A stretch of DNA of 64,000 nt from a virus, in the IMG/VR virus record IMGVR_UViG_3300029852_000171, positions 1,103 through 65,102 of that record, one strand, 5' to 3'. Of the stretch, positions 28,619 to 39,700 are shown one piece after another (position 1 is the first letter of the stretch; the number at the start of each line of letters is the position of its first letter). A program made the position numbers and the translations under genes. The notes under the pieces were generated by a model. It did not search any database, was not told the origin of the DNA, and was given only the letters and a program-made list of their open reading frames with translations.

Positions 28619-29421
28619 TACCCTCCAATGTTCACAGGGAACTCACAAATGAATTTCACCTCGGCATTTCCGGTTATCTTCAACAGATTGTCGCCCTTGA
28701 CGAGCCGCATGAACTTCATGTTGAAGTATGGGTACAGGTTCAAATCCATGCTGTCTGTGATAACCTGATTCTTGTTGTCCACATATATAGTTAAAGAGTT
28801 GCCTCCCGGCAGCTCTTTGAACTGAAATGTTCGGTTGTTATCCGAGAGGTTCTGGATAGAGATGCCGTCTCCTCCATACATGGTTATCTCCATCTTCGGC
28901 CTGTAGAAACCATTATAACTGCTTCGGTTGAATAGGCGAACCTGTGACTGCCCGCTGACTGTATATATGTATTCGTCTGGCAAGGTATAAGCAAATGGCG
29001 AATCACAGCTGACCTTACATGAGAAAGCCCAGGGTAAGTCGCCGTAGGTTATCAGCTTCAGCTCTGAAATCGTGCATTTGTATCGAAACGGTTCCATATC
29101 ATCTTGCACAATCACAAGCCATTTTCTTGTGCTGTGTCCGGTGAGCCATGCCGCAATCGCCTCGACTTCAAACCTATCCAGATTTGCGTTTGCGTCAAGT
29201 GACTCCATGTTTGCCCCAAAGACCAGCGTGTATTCCAGCGACTGGTTCTGCACCAACCCATAGGTGAGCGCATCGTATCTTCCCGGAATCCTATCCTCGA
29301 TGATTTCTCCGTTCTTGAAGCTCACATCATCTTGCCCGTTTGAACCGAAGTGGTAAACCATGAGTCCGAACTCGGAGCAGGGAATATCATCAAAAATGAA
29401 CTCAGTTCCCCAAAACGCCAT
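28618..29421 (-). CDS. Distal tail protein (Dit)
   Basis: FIFDDIPCSEFGL N-terminus, CDSPFAY, FMRLVKGDNLLKITG C-terminus. Confidence 0.7.
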   Translation of the reverse strand: MAFWGTEFIFDDIPCSEFGLMVYHFGSNGQDDVSFKNGEIIEDRIPGRYDALTYGLVQNQSLEYTLVFGANMESLDANANLDRFEVEAIAAWLTGHSTRKWLVIVQDDMEPFRYKCTISELKLITYGDLPWAFSCKVSCDSPFAYTLPDEYIYTVSGQSQVRLFNRSSYNGFYRPKMEITMYGGDGISIQNLSDNNRTFQFKELPGGNSLTIYVDNKNQVITDSMDLNLYPYFNMKFMRLVKGDNLLKITGNAEVKFICEFPVNIGG

Positions 29422-29438
29422 AGTCCACCTCCTTGTGA

Positions 29439-29804
29439 TTATGTGAAGTCAACAAAGCCCTCTAAGTTAAAAATATCCGCAGGCGAAAGTGTTTGTTCGC
29501 CGAGGTCATTCTCATCCAGCTTTACAACATCGATTGCAATATCCACTTCCATATTGCACAGCTCGTCTACTTTTACTTTGAATGCAGCGCAGTCGCTGGG
29601 GGTTAAGAAGGTGATATTACCATCCTCATTCAGCGTACCGTGGAACTCATCCAGATACTTGCGCTCTTCCGAGAGTGCAAACTGATATGCGTTGTCAGCC
29701 GCCTGAACCAGCTTATATACCGCATACGCCTTTTTAACAGGCAGCTTGAAATTGTTCAGCTTCATCAGAGACTCATAGGCTCTGTTAATCTTTTCCTGTA
29801 TCAT
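29439..29804 (-). CDS. Hypothetical phage protein
   Basis: 121-aa ORF with RBS; KLPVKKAY motif. Confidence 0.6.
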   Translation of the reverse strand: MIQEKINRAYESLMKLNNFKLPVKKAYAVYKLVQAADNAYQFALSEERKYLDEFHGTLNEDGNITFLTPSDCAAFKVKVDELCNMEVDIAIDVVKLDENDLGEQTLSPADIFNLEGFVDFT

Positions 29805-29833
29805 ATATATTTTCCTTTCTTACACACTGAGAC

Positions 29834-30073
29834 TCACCGGCCAAGCTTGGCAAGGTATTCTTCGGCATCCTCAATATAAACACCTTTTGCCAAACCCTGT
29901 TCAATGATGTCTCTGTCACTTCTCTTCAATCGTTCTTCGAGCAAATCGGGGTCAAAACAACACAACCCCATTTTCCCATCTGTTTCCAGATATTTTTGAT
30001 AGGAATCGTAAAGATGCTGTGTACTTTCACGAACCTCTTTAATCAAAGCTGCCGCCTTCATCTTTCCCTCCAA
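29834..30073 (-). CDS. Hypothetical phage protein
   Basis: Short ORF with GGAGGG RBS before MKAAA. Confidence 0.5.
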   Translation of the reverse strand: MEGKMKAAALIKEVRESTQHLYDSYQKYLETDGKMGLCCFDPDLLEERLKRSDRDIIEQGLAKGVYIEDAEEYLAKLGR

Positions 30074-30076
30074 TTC

Positions 30077-33000
30077 TTACTTGTTATTACCGTAACCAAT
30101 ACAAATACCCTGGAAGAAATACATCAGCCACTGGTCAATCGTATTGTTCATATATGGGATTGCATCGGTAATGCCATAGTGCCATCCGGTGTATTTACCG
30201 GCGCGGCCATAGATGTAGATGCTCCCGTCACTTTTTACTTGAAAACGACCCCCGATACTAATGGAAATACCGGAGAGTGTGCCGCCGCTAATTCGGTTGG
30301 CGGAAAGTGTTCCTGTCGTAATCTTATTCGCAGATAAATTCGGAATACGCACAGGGTCAAAAGTTCCAGAAGTAATCTTGGAGCAGCTCAGTTCCGGAAT
30401 ACGCACAGGGTCAAAGGTGCCCGATGTAATCTTGGAACAATTCAGTTCTGGAATTCTGGATGTTGTAAATTGCCCAGAGGTAATCTGACTGGCTGGCAAC
30501 CCGTTGATTTGGCTTGCGTTTATTTTGCCGACTGTAATACTGTCCGCTCGCAAGTTGGTAACGGTAATATTGTTACAATTCAGCGTGCCAGATTTAATGT
30601 TACTTGCATTCAAGTTTGTGACACTGATGACATTACCGTTAATGGTACCCGATGTAATATTGCTTGCATTCAGGTTCTTGATGGTCACATCGGTTGCGTC
30701 AATCGTGCCGCCGCTAATTCTGTTGGCAGACATAGTGCCCGCTGTAATCTTACTGGCATTGATACTGATGATGTTTGCGTTAGTGACCTGTAGTGTTCCG
30801 TTGGAGATTTCGCAGCCGCCAATAACACCGCTGTTCGCCTCGATATGACCGGAAACATTCACATTGTTTGCAAGCAGATAGCCGTTTTTGTTGGCACGGA
30901 TATAGTTACTTGCCGTTCCAAGAGAAATGCCGTCCGTTCCGATATAAATACCGGAAGCGGTGCTTGAAAATGAAGGTTTCCCATTGTACATCGCATCACT
31001 GATAATAGTCCAACCCTGTGACGGCTGGCCGATGTAACCACTCAACGCAGTAACCTCACCACTAAAAGAACCAGCTGTAGCATAGATGGTGCCTTTCAGT
31101 GTCAGGTTCCCGTTGGTGTCTGCATAGAAAAGCTTCTTGCTGTCATCTACAACGCCCTGATTGTTGATAAGCGGATACTTACCAATCATCAGGCCATGCA
31201 TCGGGTCTAAGAGAATATGCGAGTTGCTCTTCTCGTTGGTAATGCTGAAGTTGCTGTTGTGCAGCACACACCCCTCGGCATCTACCTTAAACACCGATAC
31301 GCCGCCGTCCTGTTTTGCACTCTCGATAACAAGGTTGCTGCCAGCGAGCAGGGTGCCAACAATGTTGGGGGCGACGATACCCCAGCAATCTCCGAGGTTC
31401 TCATCATAGAAGTTACCGATAGCAAGTTCTGCCGTTGACCAGTTGTTGCTGGTCATCAGAATGCTGTTGTTGTTCAGCCACACCTGCTTCGGCTCGTACT
31501 CTGTGTGTGCCTCATCGCTCCACTTGCGCAGTCGAATACCGGAATCGCCCCAGGAAATAGCCTGCTCCTTAGAAGACATGATGGCGTTCTTGGATACATC
31601 CAGTGCCGTCTTCATAAAGTCTTTGACCTTTGTAGAGGCGCCGCTGTCCATGAACGCAGAATAGGTGTATTTGTTCAGGTCTACGCTCTTGCCCATTGAG
31701 ACGCTTTGCTCCAACAAATCAGCCAACAAAAAGGAACTATCACCAGAAGTATAGGTGTCGCTGAACTCCAGCGTCAGGTCGTTAGGGGAATCAAAGTTTA
31801 CCTTCACACCTACGCAGATAGGCGCCAGCGTTTCATCTTCGCTGATACCGACATAGAGCTTTTCACCGTGGCGCAGCTTATTCTTAAACTTCACGAAATC
31901 ATCAAGACATAAGAAGTTTGCTCCCGTCACGCCGAATGTGTAGGATGGCTGCGATATTTTGGTCAGAATTTCGTTGCCATATTCAAACAAATCCCATGCG
32001 ACAGCACGCTTTTCATACTCGCTGGTGTTCAGCGTGAAGTATAGATACCCCTCACTGACCGTAATATCCAGCTTTGAGCCGACCAACAGGTCTGGAATTT
32101 CGGCATCCGCTTTCACATCATGCGTAACGGAAGACACAGTCCCTGTCAAAGAGATACACCCCTTCGGGAAAGACCGGTCGCCAGTTGTACCTGCACCGAG
32201 ATACGCCGTCATCACAAAACTGTTGTTTGGCGCTTTTTCAAATGCCGCACTGATAACCTCTGCGTCAATAAAGTCGGTCTTGATTCTGCCGCCCTTGACA
32301 TCATAGATTTCCTTATTGCGTGTATTGGTTACATAAGTAATGTTGGCGTTGCTAACACCAATCAACTTGTCGGCAATATGGTTGCCTGTGTCCTCGTCGG
32401 TATAGGAACCAGTTGTTTGTGCGACAAAGCTGCTCTCTGATACGGCATCATCCTTCAAGTATCGGTCAAGCTGCAAATACTCTTCCTGCGTGAAGTATGA
32501 TTTGAAATTAGCTGCCTTATTTATCGTAACCAGTTCACTGTATATGGATGCGGCCTGCGCTTCGATACTTTTGATTTCCTCGTTCTTGGCGTTAATTTCA
32601 GCTTGCTTTGCGGCAATTCTGGTGTTTACATCATCCAATTTGCTTTGCGGAACAAGGTCGCGTGCAATACCCTGGATGATGATTGCCTGTTCGTTTTCCA
32701 AAATCGTCCGTTCGCTTTCCAACTCAACCAACGCCGTCTGTTCCGTGGTTTTACGCATAATTTGCAGAACATATTCCACAGACAGATTGTAGTAAGGGAG
32801 CTGATAGTTTGCGTAGCTTTCTTTCCACGCATAGTATTTATCAATCAATGCCTGATTAAAGTTGTCGGCATTCATGAAGTAATCCAGATTGATAATTTGA
32901 TTGGTTCCGCTGGGGTTTACATCACGAATGTTTACGCCGTCGGCACCGTTGACATCCAACCGGGTGACAATGCTCTCCGTATTCTCTTCGACCGTAATCT

Positions 33001-33640
33001 CTTTTGCAAGATTGGCGTTAGAGATGTAAATTGGATTGGTCGGAACTGCAGAAGAAGCATCCTTAACATTGATTCTGCGATGATAGGTATCAAAGTCAAA
33101 AATGCAGTTATATGAAGTCTGTATCGTACCCTTGATAAAGTTATAAAGGTTTTCGTCAGAAACTTCAAAGGTACGATATTTTCCAACAAGATTGTTGTCA
33201 ATACTCCCGACACTCCACGATGGCATCAGCTCAAGGATAATACCGAGTAGAGTACTGTCCGGCGTAACAGGGTTCCAAAAATTATAGGTGGCGTTTGCCA
33301 GTGAAAGCTTTTTGAAAGTAAATTCGTACTCAAGGGAATACCCCTTGCACGCCTTTATCTTCTTCACGCCATCGCCGGTCTCTTTGGGATTCACAAGGAT
33401 AAACTGGCCGATATTCTGCAGTTCAACAATGCGCATACCAATGACCGCATCATAGTACGGGGTTGGTTCGCCATCCACCTGTGCCGGAAGGTTAAACTCA
33501 ATCACAGAGGCTTCATCATATTTAATATCAGCAGTGATATTCATGGCATAGCCCAGCACGCCAATCGGTACATCGGTCGTATTTTTAAGAATCAACATTG
33601 GCGGTTCCCGCAGGTCTATCTTTGAGAAATCAACTACCAT
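30077..33640 (-). CDS. Tail tip/hub (Tal-like) protein with beta-repeat spike
   Basis: Follows the TMP; coiled coil; C-terminal NASxITSGT repeats. Confidence 0.7.
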   Translation of the reverse strand: MVVDFSKIDLREPPMLILKNTTDVPIGVLGYAMNITADIKYDEASVIEFNLPAQVDGEPTPYYDAVIGMRIVELQNIGQFILVNPKETGDGVKKIKACKGYSLEYEFTFKKLSLANATYNFWNPVTPDSTLLGIILELMPSWSVGSIDNNLVGKYRTFEVSDENLYNFIKGTIQTSYNCIFDFDTYHRRINVKDASSAVPTNPIYISNANLAKEITVEENTESIVTRLDVNGADGVNIRDVNPSGTNQIINLDYFMNADNFNQALIDKYYAWKESYANYQLPYYNLSVEYVLQIMRKTTEQTALVELESERTILENEQAIIIQGIARDLVPQSKLDDVNTRIAAKQAEINAKNEEIKSIEAQAASIYSELVTINKAANFKSYFTQEEYLQLDRYLKDDAVSESSFVAQTTGSYTDEDTGNHIADKLIGVSNANITYVTNTRNKEIYDVKGGRIKTDFIDAEVISAAFEKAPNNSFVMTAYLGAGTTGDRSFPKGCISLTGTVSSVTHDVKADAEIPDLLVGSKLDITVSEGYLYFTLNTSEYEKRAVAWDLFEYGNEILTKISQPSYTFGVTGANFLCLDDFVKFKNKLRHGEKLYVGISEDETLAPICVGVKVNFDSPNDLTLEFSDTYTSGDSSFLLADLLEQSVSMGKSVDLNKYTYSAFMDSGASTKVKDFMKTALDVSKNAIMSSKEQAISWGDSGIRLRKWSDEAHTEYEPKQVWLNNNSILMTSNNWSTAELAIGNFYDENLGDCWGIVAPNIVGTLLAGSNLVIESAKQDGGVSVFKVDAEGCVLHNSNFSITNEKSNSHILLDPMHGLMIGKYPLINNQGVVDDSKKLFYADTNGNLTLKGTIYATAGSFSGEVTALSGYIGQPSQGWTIISDAMYNGKPSFSSTASGIYIGTDGISLGTASNYIRANKNGYLLANNVNVSGHIEANSGVIGGCEISNGTLQVTNANIISINASKITAGTMSANRISGGTIDATDVTIKNLNASNITSGTINGNVISVTNLNASNIKSGTLNCNNITVTNLRADSITVGKINASQINGLPASQITSGQFTTSRIPELNCSKITSGTFDPVRIPELSCSKITSGTFDPVRIPNLSANKITTGTLSANRISGGTLSGISISIGGRFQVKSDGSIYIYGRAGKYTGWHYGITDAIPYMNNTIDQWLMYFFQGICIGYGNNK
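30341..30448. repeat. 54-bp imperfect tandem repeat in tail spike
   Basis: EL(N/S)CSKITSGTFDPVRIP x2, plus degenerate flanking units. Confidence 0.85.
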
Positions 33641-33668
33641 ACTTTGAGAAAACCTCCTTTCTGAAATA

Positions 33669-33697
33669 GGGGAGATACAGTTGCCCGTATCTCCCCG
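33669..33697 (-). terminator. Hairpin after TMP
   Basis: GGGGAGATAC/GTATCTCCCC stem. Confidence 0.6.
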
Positions 33698-33706
33698 TTG
33701 GGTTAC

Positions 33707-36700
33707 TTATGGTTTCAGCCTTGAGCCTCGCGTACTGTTGATGCCGCGCCGCTCAAATGCGCTGTAAAGTTTGTCAATTGCCACATCGGCAATCCGTTCG
33801 CCATAGGCTTTTGCGTCCGTGTCGGCCATTTCACCACTATGGGTAATGTTGACCTCGAAGTGCGGTTCAAACACGAGACTCTGTGCGGCACTGCCGATAA
33901 TGTCTTGCGTCAATCCACTCATGGTGTCTCTGATGCCTGATGACGGAGCCGAGATTGTCGGTAGCGCACCGATAACCACGCCAAGGCGCTTTGACAGTTC
34001 CGCTTGGAAATCGATGATACGATACAGGCTCTTCTGCTTGGCCTCATTCAATACGACTTCGCCCTTTTGCAAAATAGCAAGAGCTTCATCCTTGCTGAGG
34101 TTTGCTTCATCAACAACGCCGCCATCATGGTATTTGGGGACATTGCTTACCACGGTGCCAACGCCGCTTACGCCGCTCACTGCATCGCTGTATTGTCTTA
34201 CAGCTTCCGCAGCCCGTATCCATGCAGAAGAAATCTCCGCATCGATAGATGCGCCAACAGATACGCTCTGCCCAAGAAGTGTCTGGTAAAATGCCGTCCA
34301 GAGTTCTTCGGAAGAATTGACGGTACTTCTGAGCAGCTCTAATTCCGCTTCTTTATCAGACTCGTAGTCTTCGCCCATCTTGTCCAAGGCATTGGTCTGA
34401 GCCTCGACAGAGTGGTCTCTCTGTGTGTCTGCAAGGTCTTTCTGCTTTTCTTCCAGCTCCTGCATTAGCGTATTCCGCTCTGCCTGTGCGCTTCTGCTGT
34501 CATCCAGAGCAAGCTGGTCGATTCTGGCTTGCAGGTCTGCTATCTCCTTGACCTTATCGGCAATATCAGCTTCATAGTCGAACTCGTCCTTGGCGGACTC
34601 AATCATCTCTTTTCTTAGGTTTATAATCTTTTGATAAGCATCTATCTGCTTCTTATAGACTTCCTCGATGTAATCGATGATATTGTTCTTCGTCTCTTGA
34701 ACCTGATAACCCAAATCCTCAATGGAGCTTGCGGCATCGATGTTGTCATCGTTAAGCTTCTCCGTTACATCTATCAGGCCTTCCGTTTCCTTACGCAAGG
34801 CATTGGTCGCTTCCTGCAGCGTGTCATACTTGCCAGCAGATGACGCCGTAAGCTCATTCAGATGTTCAAGGTTCTTAATATACAGCTCATTTGTTTCGCT
34901 GTTATACTCGACCTCAAACCCAAGCGCCCGAAGAGCACCGACATTGGATGCGATGGTGCTCTTTTTCAGCTCCATCAAATCCTTTTCAGCGGCCATCTCT
35001 TCTTTATAGGCATCAATCAAATCGCTTGATAGCTTAATTTTCTCAGCTGGGTCTTCCGCATACTTCAGCTTTTTCGCCAGAGAGTTTGCCCGTTCTTGTG
35101 CGGCCTGCAGCCGCTTCTCAGCTTCATAATAAGCATCGATATCAGCGATATATTCTTCGACTGTTTTAATCTTGTCTTTTGTATCGCTGTCGCCATCTGA
35201 GCTGCCTCCGCTGCTGCTATCGCTTCTACTGCCATAAGAACTACCGGCAGAACCATAGATACTCGTCAGGTCAAGCCCACGCAGCGCCTCAAGGTTCTTG
35301 TAGGCGTTGACTGTCCGCTGTTTGAAATCTTCCAGCGCGGCGATACGCTGGGCGGACGCCTGCTCCTGTTGTGAAATCCAATTGTCAAGCGTTTCTGTTC
35401 CGACATAGGCTGCTGCACCATCAAAAGTTACGATAACATCCCCAGCATCAATCGAGGTGTTACCTGCGGCGCCAGATACTGCGGACTGGAAGTAGTGAGA
35501 AATACCCTGCCAGTTACCAGTCGTAGCATCTTTAACAGCTTGACTCAGTGCGCCCCAAACGCTGGAAGCAATGTTGCGAATCTTGGCAAACAGACTATTG
35601 CCGTAGCTGTTGGTTGCCTCAAGCGACTTGGAGAATCCTTGTGTATGTGCGCTTTTAATGGTATTCGCATATGGTTTCCAAATGTTCTCCGTTGCCTGCT
35701 GACCATACTCGTTCTCTTTGCCAAGTTTATTATTCAGAGCCTCTTCGTTTACGGTCAGCATACCGTTTTCCATCGCAACATAATTCCGGCCTTGCAGGTC
35801 GTTGAGCTCGTTCATTTTAGCGATAAGAGCCTCTTCCTGCTGAACCTGGCCGTTCACAGTCATGTTCTTGATATCGGCAATGATGTTCGCCTTTTCCGTT
35901 TCCATCGCAAGCTGGTCGTTGATAACCTGCTCGGTCGCTTTCAACTCTGCGATTTTCGTGTCAAGCTGCGCATCATATTCAGCTTCATTCATCTCAAGAA
36001 CGCTGTTTAGCAACTGTCGCTGACCATCGATAGACCCATCAACAAACAGGTCTGCCTGTTCCAAAAGCTTCGGATACTGCAAGGCGAGATTGGCGAGCTG
36101 CTGCTTTGTCATGGCAGTGCCAGAGTTCAGTCTGTCCATTGCAGAGATGATGCTGTCAAGGCCATCCTTCGCACTATCCAGGCCGGATATCATATCGGAG
36201 AAATCGAGGGTGTTCACCATATCGGCGTTGGCATATTTCAGCCATTCGATTTTCTCCTGCAGTTCCTCAAAGGTCATGGAGCCTTCTTCGGAGATAATGT
36301 TATAAGCGATTTCCAGCTCCTGCGCGGACATTTCGCCTAAAAGCGCATCGTACTTGCCGCCAACGCCGCCGATAGCTTCTTTAACAGCAGCAAGCTGTCG
36401 CTCAACCGTGTCGGTTTCTAATGAGAGTTTAAGGTATTTGATGGTATCATCGTCAAACCCGGCTGCTTCAAGGTCGCTGATAATCGCATTGACAGTTTCT
36501 TGGAATTCATCAACATTGATGTCACCGGCATCGAACAGCCCCTTCAGGTCGAACAGGCCAGTCATTGCATTTTGTACTTCCGGCGATAGCTTGTCGATGA
36601 AGTCATTTATCTGAACCTTAATATCGGTAATGGCATCTTCATCGGGAACAATCTTTCCCCAGAAGTTTTTCTTCGTAACATCATCAACGCCAAAACGGTC

Positions 36701-39700
36701 AATAAAGTTGGAAACAATGTTTTGTGCTTCTGTACTTAAATCATCATAAGCAGCGTTGTTCTGCGCAACAAGCTTCAGCTGGTCAGCAACATCCTGATTG
36801 GCCTTTTCAAGCCCATCTCGTGCCTCACCATAACGGACAGCAGCGTTCTTTGTCTTTTCGACAGCAGCCTCAAAATCAGAGAGAGACTCGAAGCCAACTT
36901 CCGTATAGTCAATAGAGGCCGCAATCTTTCCAATATTGTGAGATACCTGGTCTGCATAGTCGTCCCAGAAATCGCCCCATTGGTAATAGCCGTACTCGTT
37001 GGTGTATTTTTCCAGCTCCTTGCCAATATCGGTTACTCCAAGAGCCTTCATAATCTGCTCGGACAAATATCGGCTCTTATTGTCTCCAGAGTTTCCTGCA
37101 AATTCGGGCGTCACATCTCTATCATTGACACGGAACATACCCCACATATTGTTTGACAAATCCGTATCAGTGGTTAGAATATCGCTGTTTTTCAGCTTAT
37201 CATAAGATGCTGCATATCCTTTAATAACCTCAGAAAGTTTTTCTGTGGTTGTCATCTGACGAAGCTCGCTCTTATACTGCTGCTCCTGCAGCTCGATAGC
37301 TCGCTCAATCAGCTCATTCTTGTCTGCAAGATAACCGTTTTCAATGCTATAGCCTTCTGACAGTGCGGGAGAGATGTCCACAATCGTCTGAACGATTTGC
37401 TTATATCGGTCATACTCATCTGCTGTCAGTGAAATATTCTCACCATAGCGAGAGACACCGTGTGAAAGCGTCTCAAACTCTTCCTTCAACGACTGCAATT
37501 TATCGATGTTATCGGAGTTTGTTTGCCGGAACTCATTAAACGCATTGGTCAGCTCGTTTGCTTTTTCAATCGCTTCATCGCTGGCGTTAATCAAATGCGT
37601 AATGCCCGTGATGATTCCCTGAATCACCAATCCGATTCCCAACGAAATAAGCATATTGATGGCCGTATTGAGCGCCGTTACACCAATCGCGGCTGCCTTT
37701 GAGCTTGCACCAAACGCTTTGGTCTCTATGCCAGCCTGTTTGCAGTATGCTTTGTAGCCGGACATGGAGGCTTTGCCGCCCTTCAGAGACTTTAGATAGC
37801 CAGACAGAGCGTCGTCAGTACCATCAAGATATTTAATGAATATCTGCTGCGTCTGTATAGATGAGCCGAGAACCTTGTTATACTCGGCTATGTTTTTGCT
37901 TGCCGCAGACCAATCCGTAATGCCTCCGGAAAGCCCTACTTTACCGTCAACAACATCAAAGATTCCAAGGTTCTTTCCTTTGGCACCGCTATATGCGGTT
38001 ACAGCGGCAGTGATTGTGGAAATCAAAGCAGGGAACGAACCCAGTTTATCAATGATTGCGGTCAGTGTTTCAAGAATCGCCGTCCCGCCATCTACAACAC
38101 CCTTAACAAGCCCGGAGTTTACAAACGATGCAGAGAGTTTTTCAAATGCGGCCTGGAACTGCGCAACCTTACCATTGATAGAGTCGAGATACTTCTCATT
38201 TTCATTCAGTGCAGAACCCGCTGAATTCATCGCCACTTCAAGAACAGCCTCCGCATCTGCGAAGTTGTTCAGCAGTGATGCTACCACATTGCTGTTTCTT
38301 TTACCGCCAATCATCTCCATGATGTTGGCTTTGGTAATATCCGTAAGGTCTCCCCAAACTTTGGAAAGTTCCTTCAAAATCTGATAAGTGCTCTTGAAGG
38401 TGTTTTCGTCCAGCTGAATATCAACCCGTCCGCTGGTTAGCGCAAGAATTTCCTTTCTCAGCTTGGAGACACTTTCTGCCATACCTTCTGTGCTTTCACC
38501 AGCTTCTTCCGCTTCGGTCTTTGCCGCACGAAGATACATGGAAACGGTCTTCATAGTTGTACCGACCTTCTCAGGGTCTTGCACAACATTGTTTGCCGCC
38601 GTTACCAAGGCAATGCTCTCGTCTAAGCTGTTACCGGCAGCTGCAAGAGCGGACGCTGAACGCACTAATGCGTCGCCCACGCCCTTAGAAGAAATGGCAA
38701 ATCGGTTGCCGACCTCATTGAATCTGTCAACAATGGTCATTACATTGGCAGCCTCAATGCCGAATGCTTTCATGGTAGAGATGACGCTCTCTGACGCCTC
38801 GGAAATATCATTGATGCCATCGCCAACATTTTTGTAGACCAGCGCAGCATCTGCTAACTCTGCCGCTTCGCTAATGGAGTAGCCCAGTCTCGCAAAGTCT
38901 GCTGTTGCCGTAATCGTATCAGTCAGCGTTGCCCCAAGGCTCTTGGCACGCACAGCCGCTTCATTGAAGAATCGAGTATAGGTCGCTCTGGTTTCATCGG
39001 TAACTTTCTTCAATTCGGTCATGGCCGCATCCAGCGCCCGTACATTGGTCACCATCTGCTTGAAGTTGTTGACCATGACCATCAGGCTTCTCGTCACCAG
39101 CATCCATCCGCCGAACTTCTTATAAGCGGATGAGATGATTCCTACAAGAGTATTGCCCTTCTTGCCGGACTCCGTAATGGAAGTATCCAGTGCGGCAAAA
39201 TCAGACAGCAGCTTTCGCAAGTCTGTCTTGCTCATGCTCGTCATACCATCGGCGGCATTCTTACTGTCGTTCCATACACCGAGCAGCTGCTCTCGCATTA
39301 GCTTGAGCTGTTCCAGCTCCGTACCGTCAATGCGAGGATTCTTATCAATGTAAGTGCTGACTTTCTTATAAGCACTGATGACCTCGTTGATGGTCGCCAT
39401 CTTCTCTTTGTTGGCGGCCTCTGCGCTCCTTGCCGCAGCAGCTTCTGCCGCAGCAGCTTCTTCCGCAGCCTGACGCTCAGCGTAAATCCGGTTGATGTTC
39501 TCCAGAATGGCTGCGCCTTCTGCTTCAAGACTCAGTCTGTACTCATCGCTTGTAGCCTCTTTGGACGCACGAACCGTCTCCACGCTCATCGCCCACAGGC
39601 GATACTGCTCCACCAACGATGCCACACGCTGGCTCTCGCTTTCAGACACACCGCTGTCAACCAGACCGTTCAAGCTTCTCTGTATAACAGTCTTCTGATG

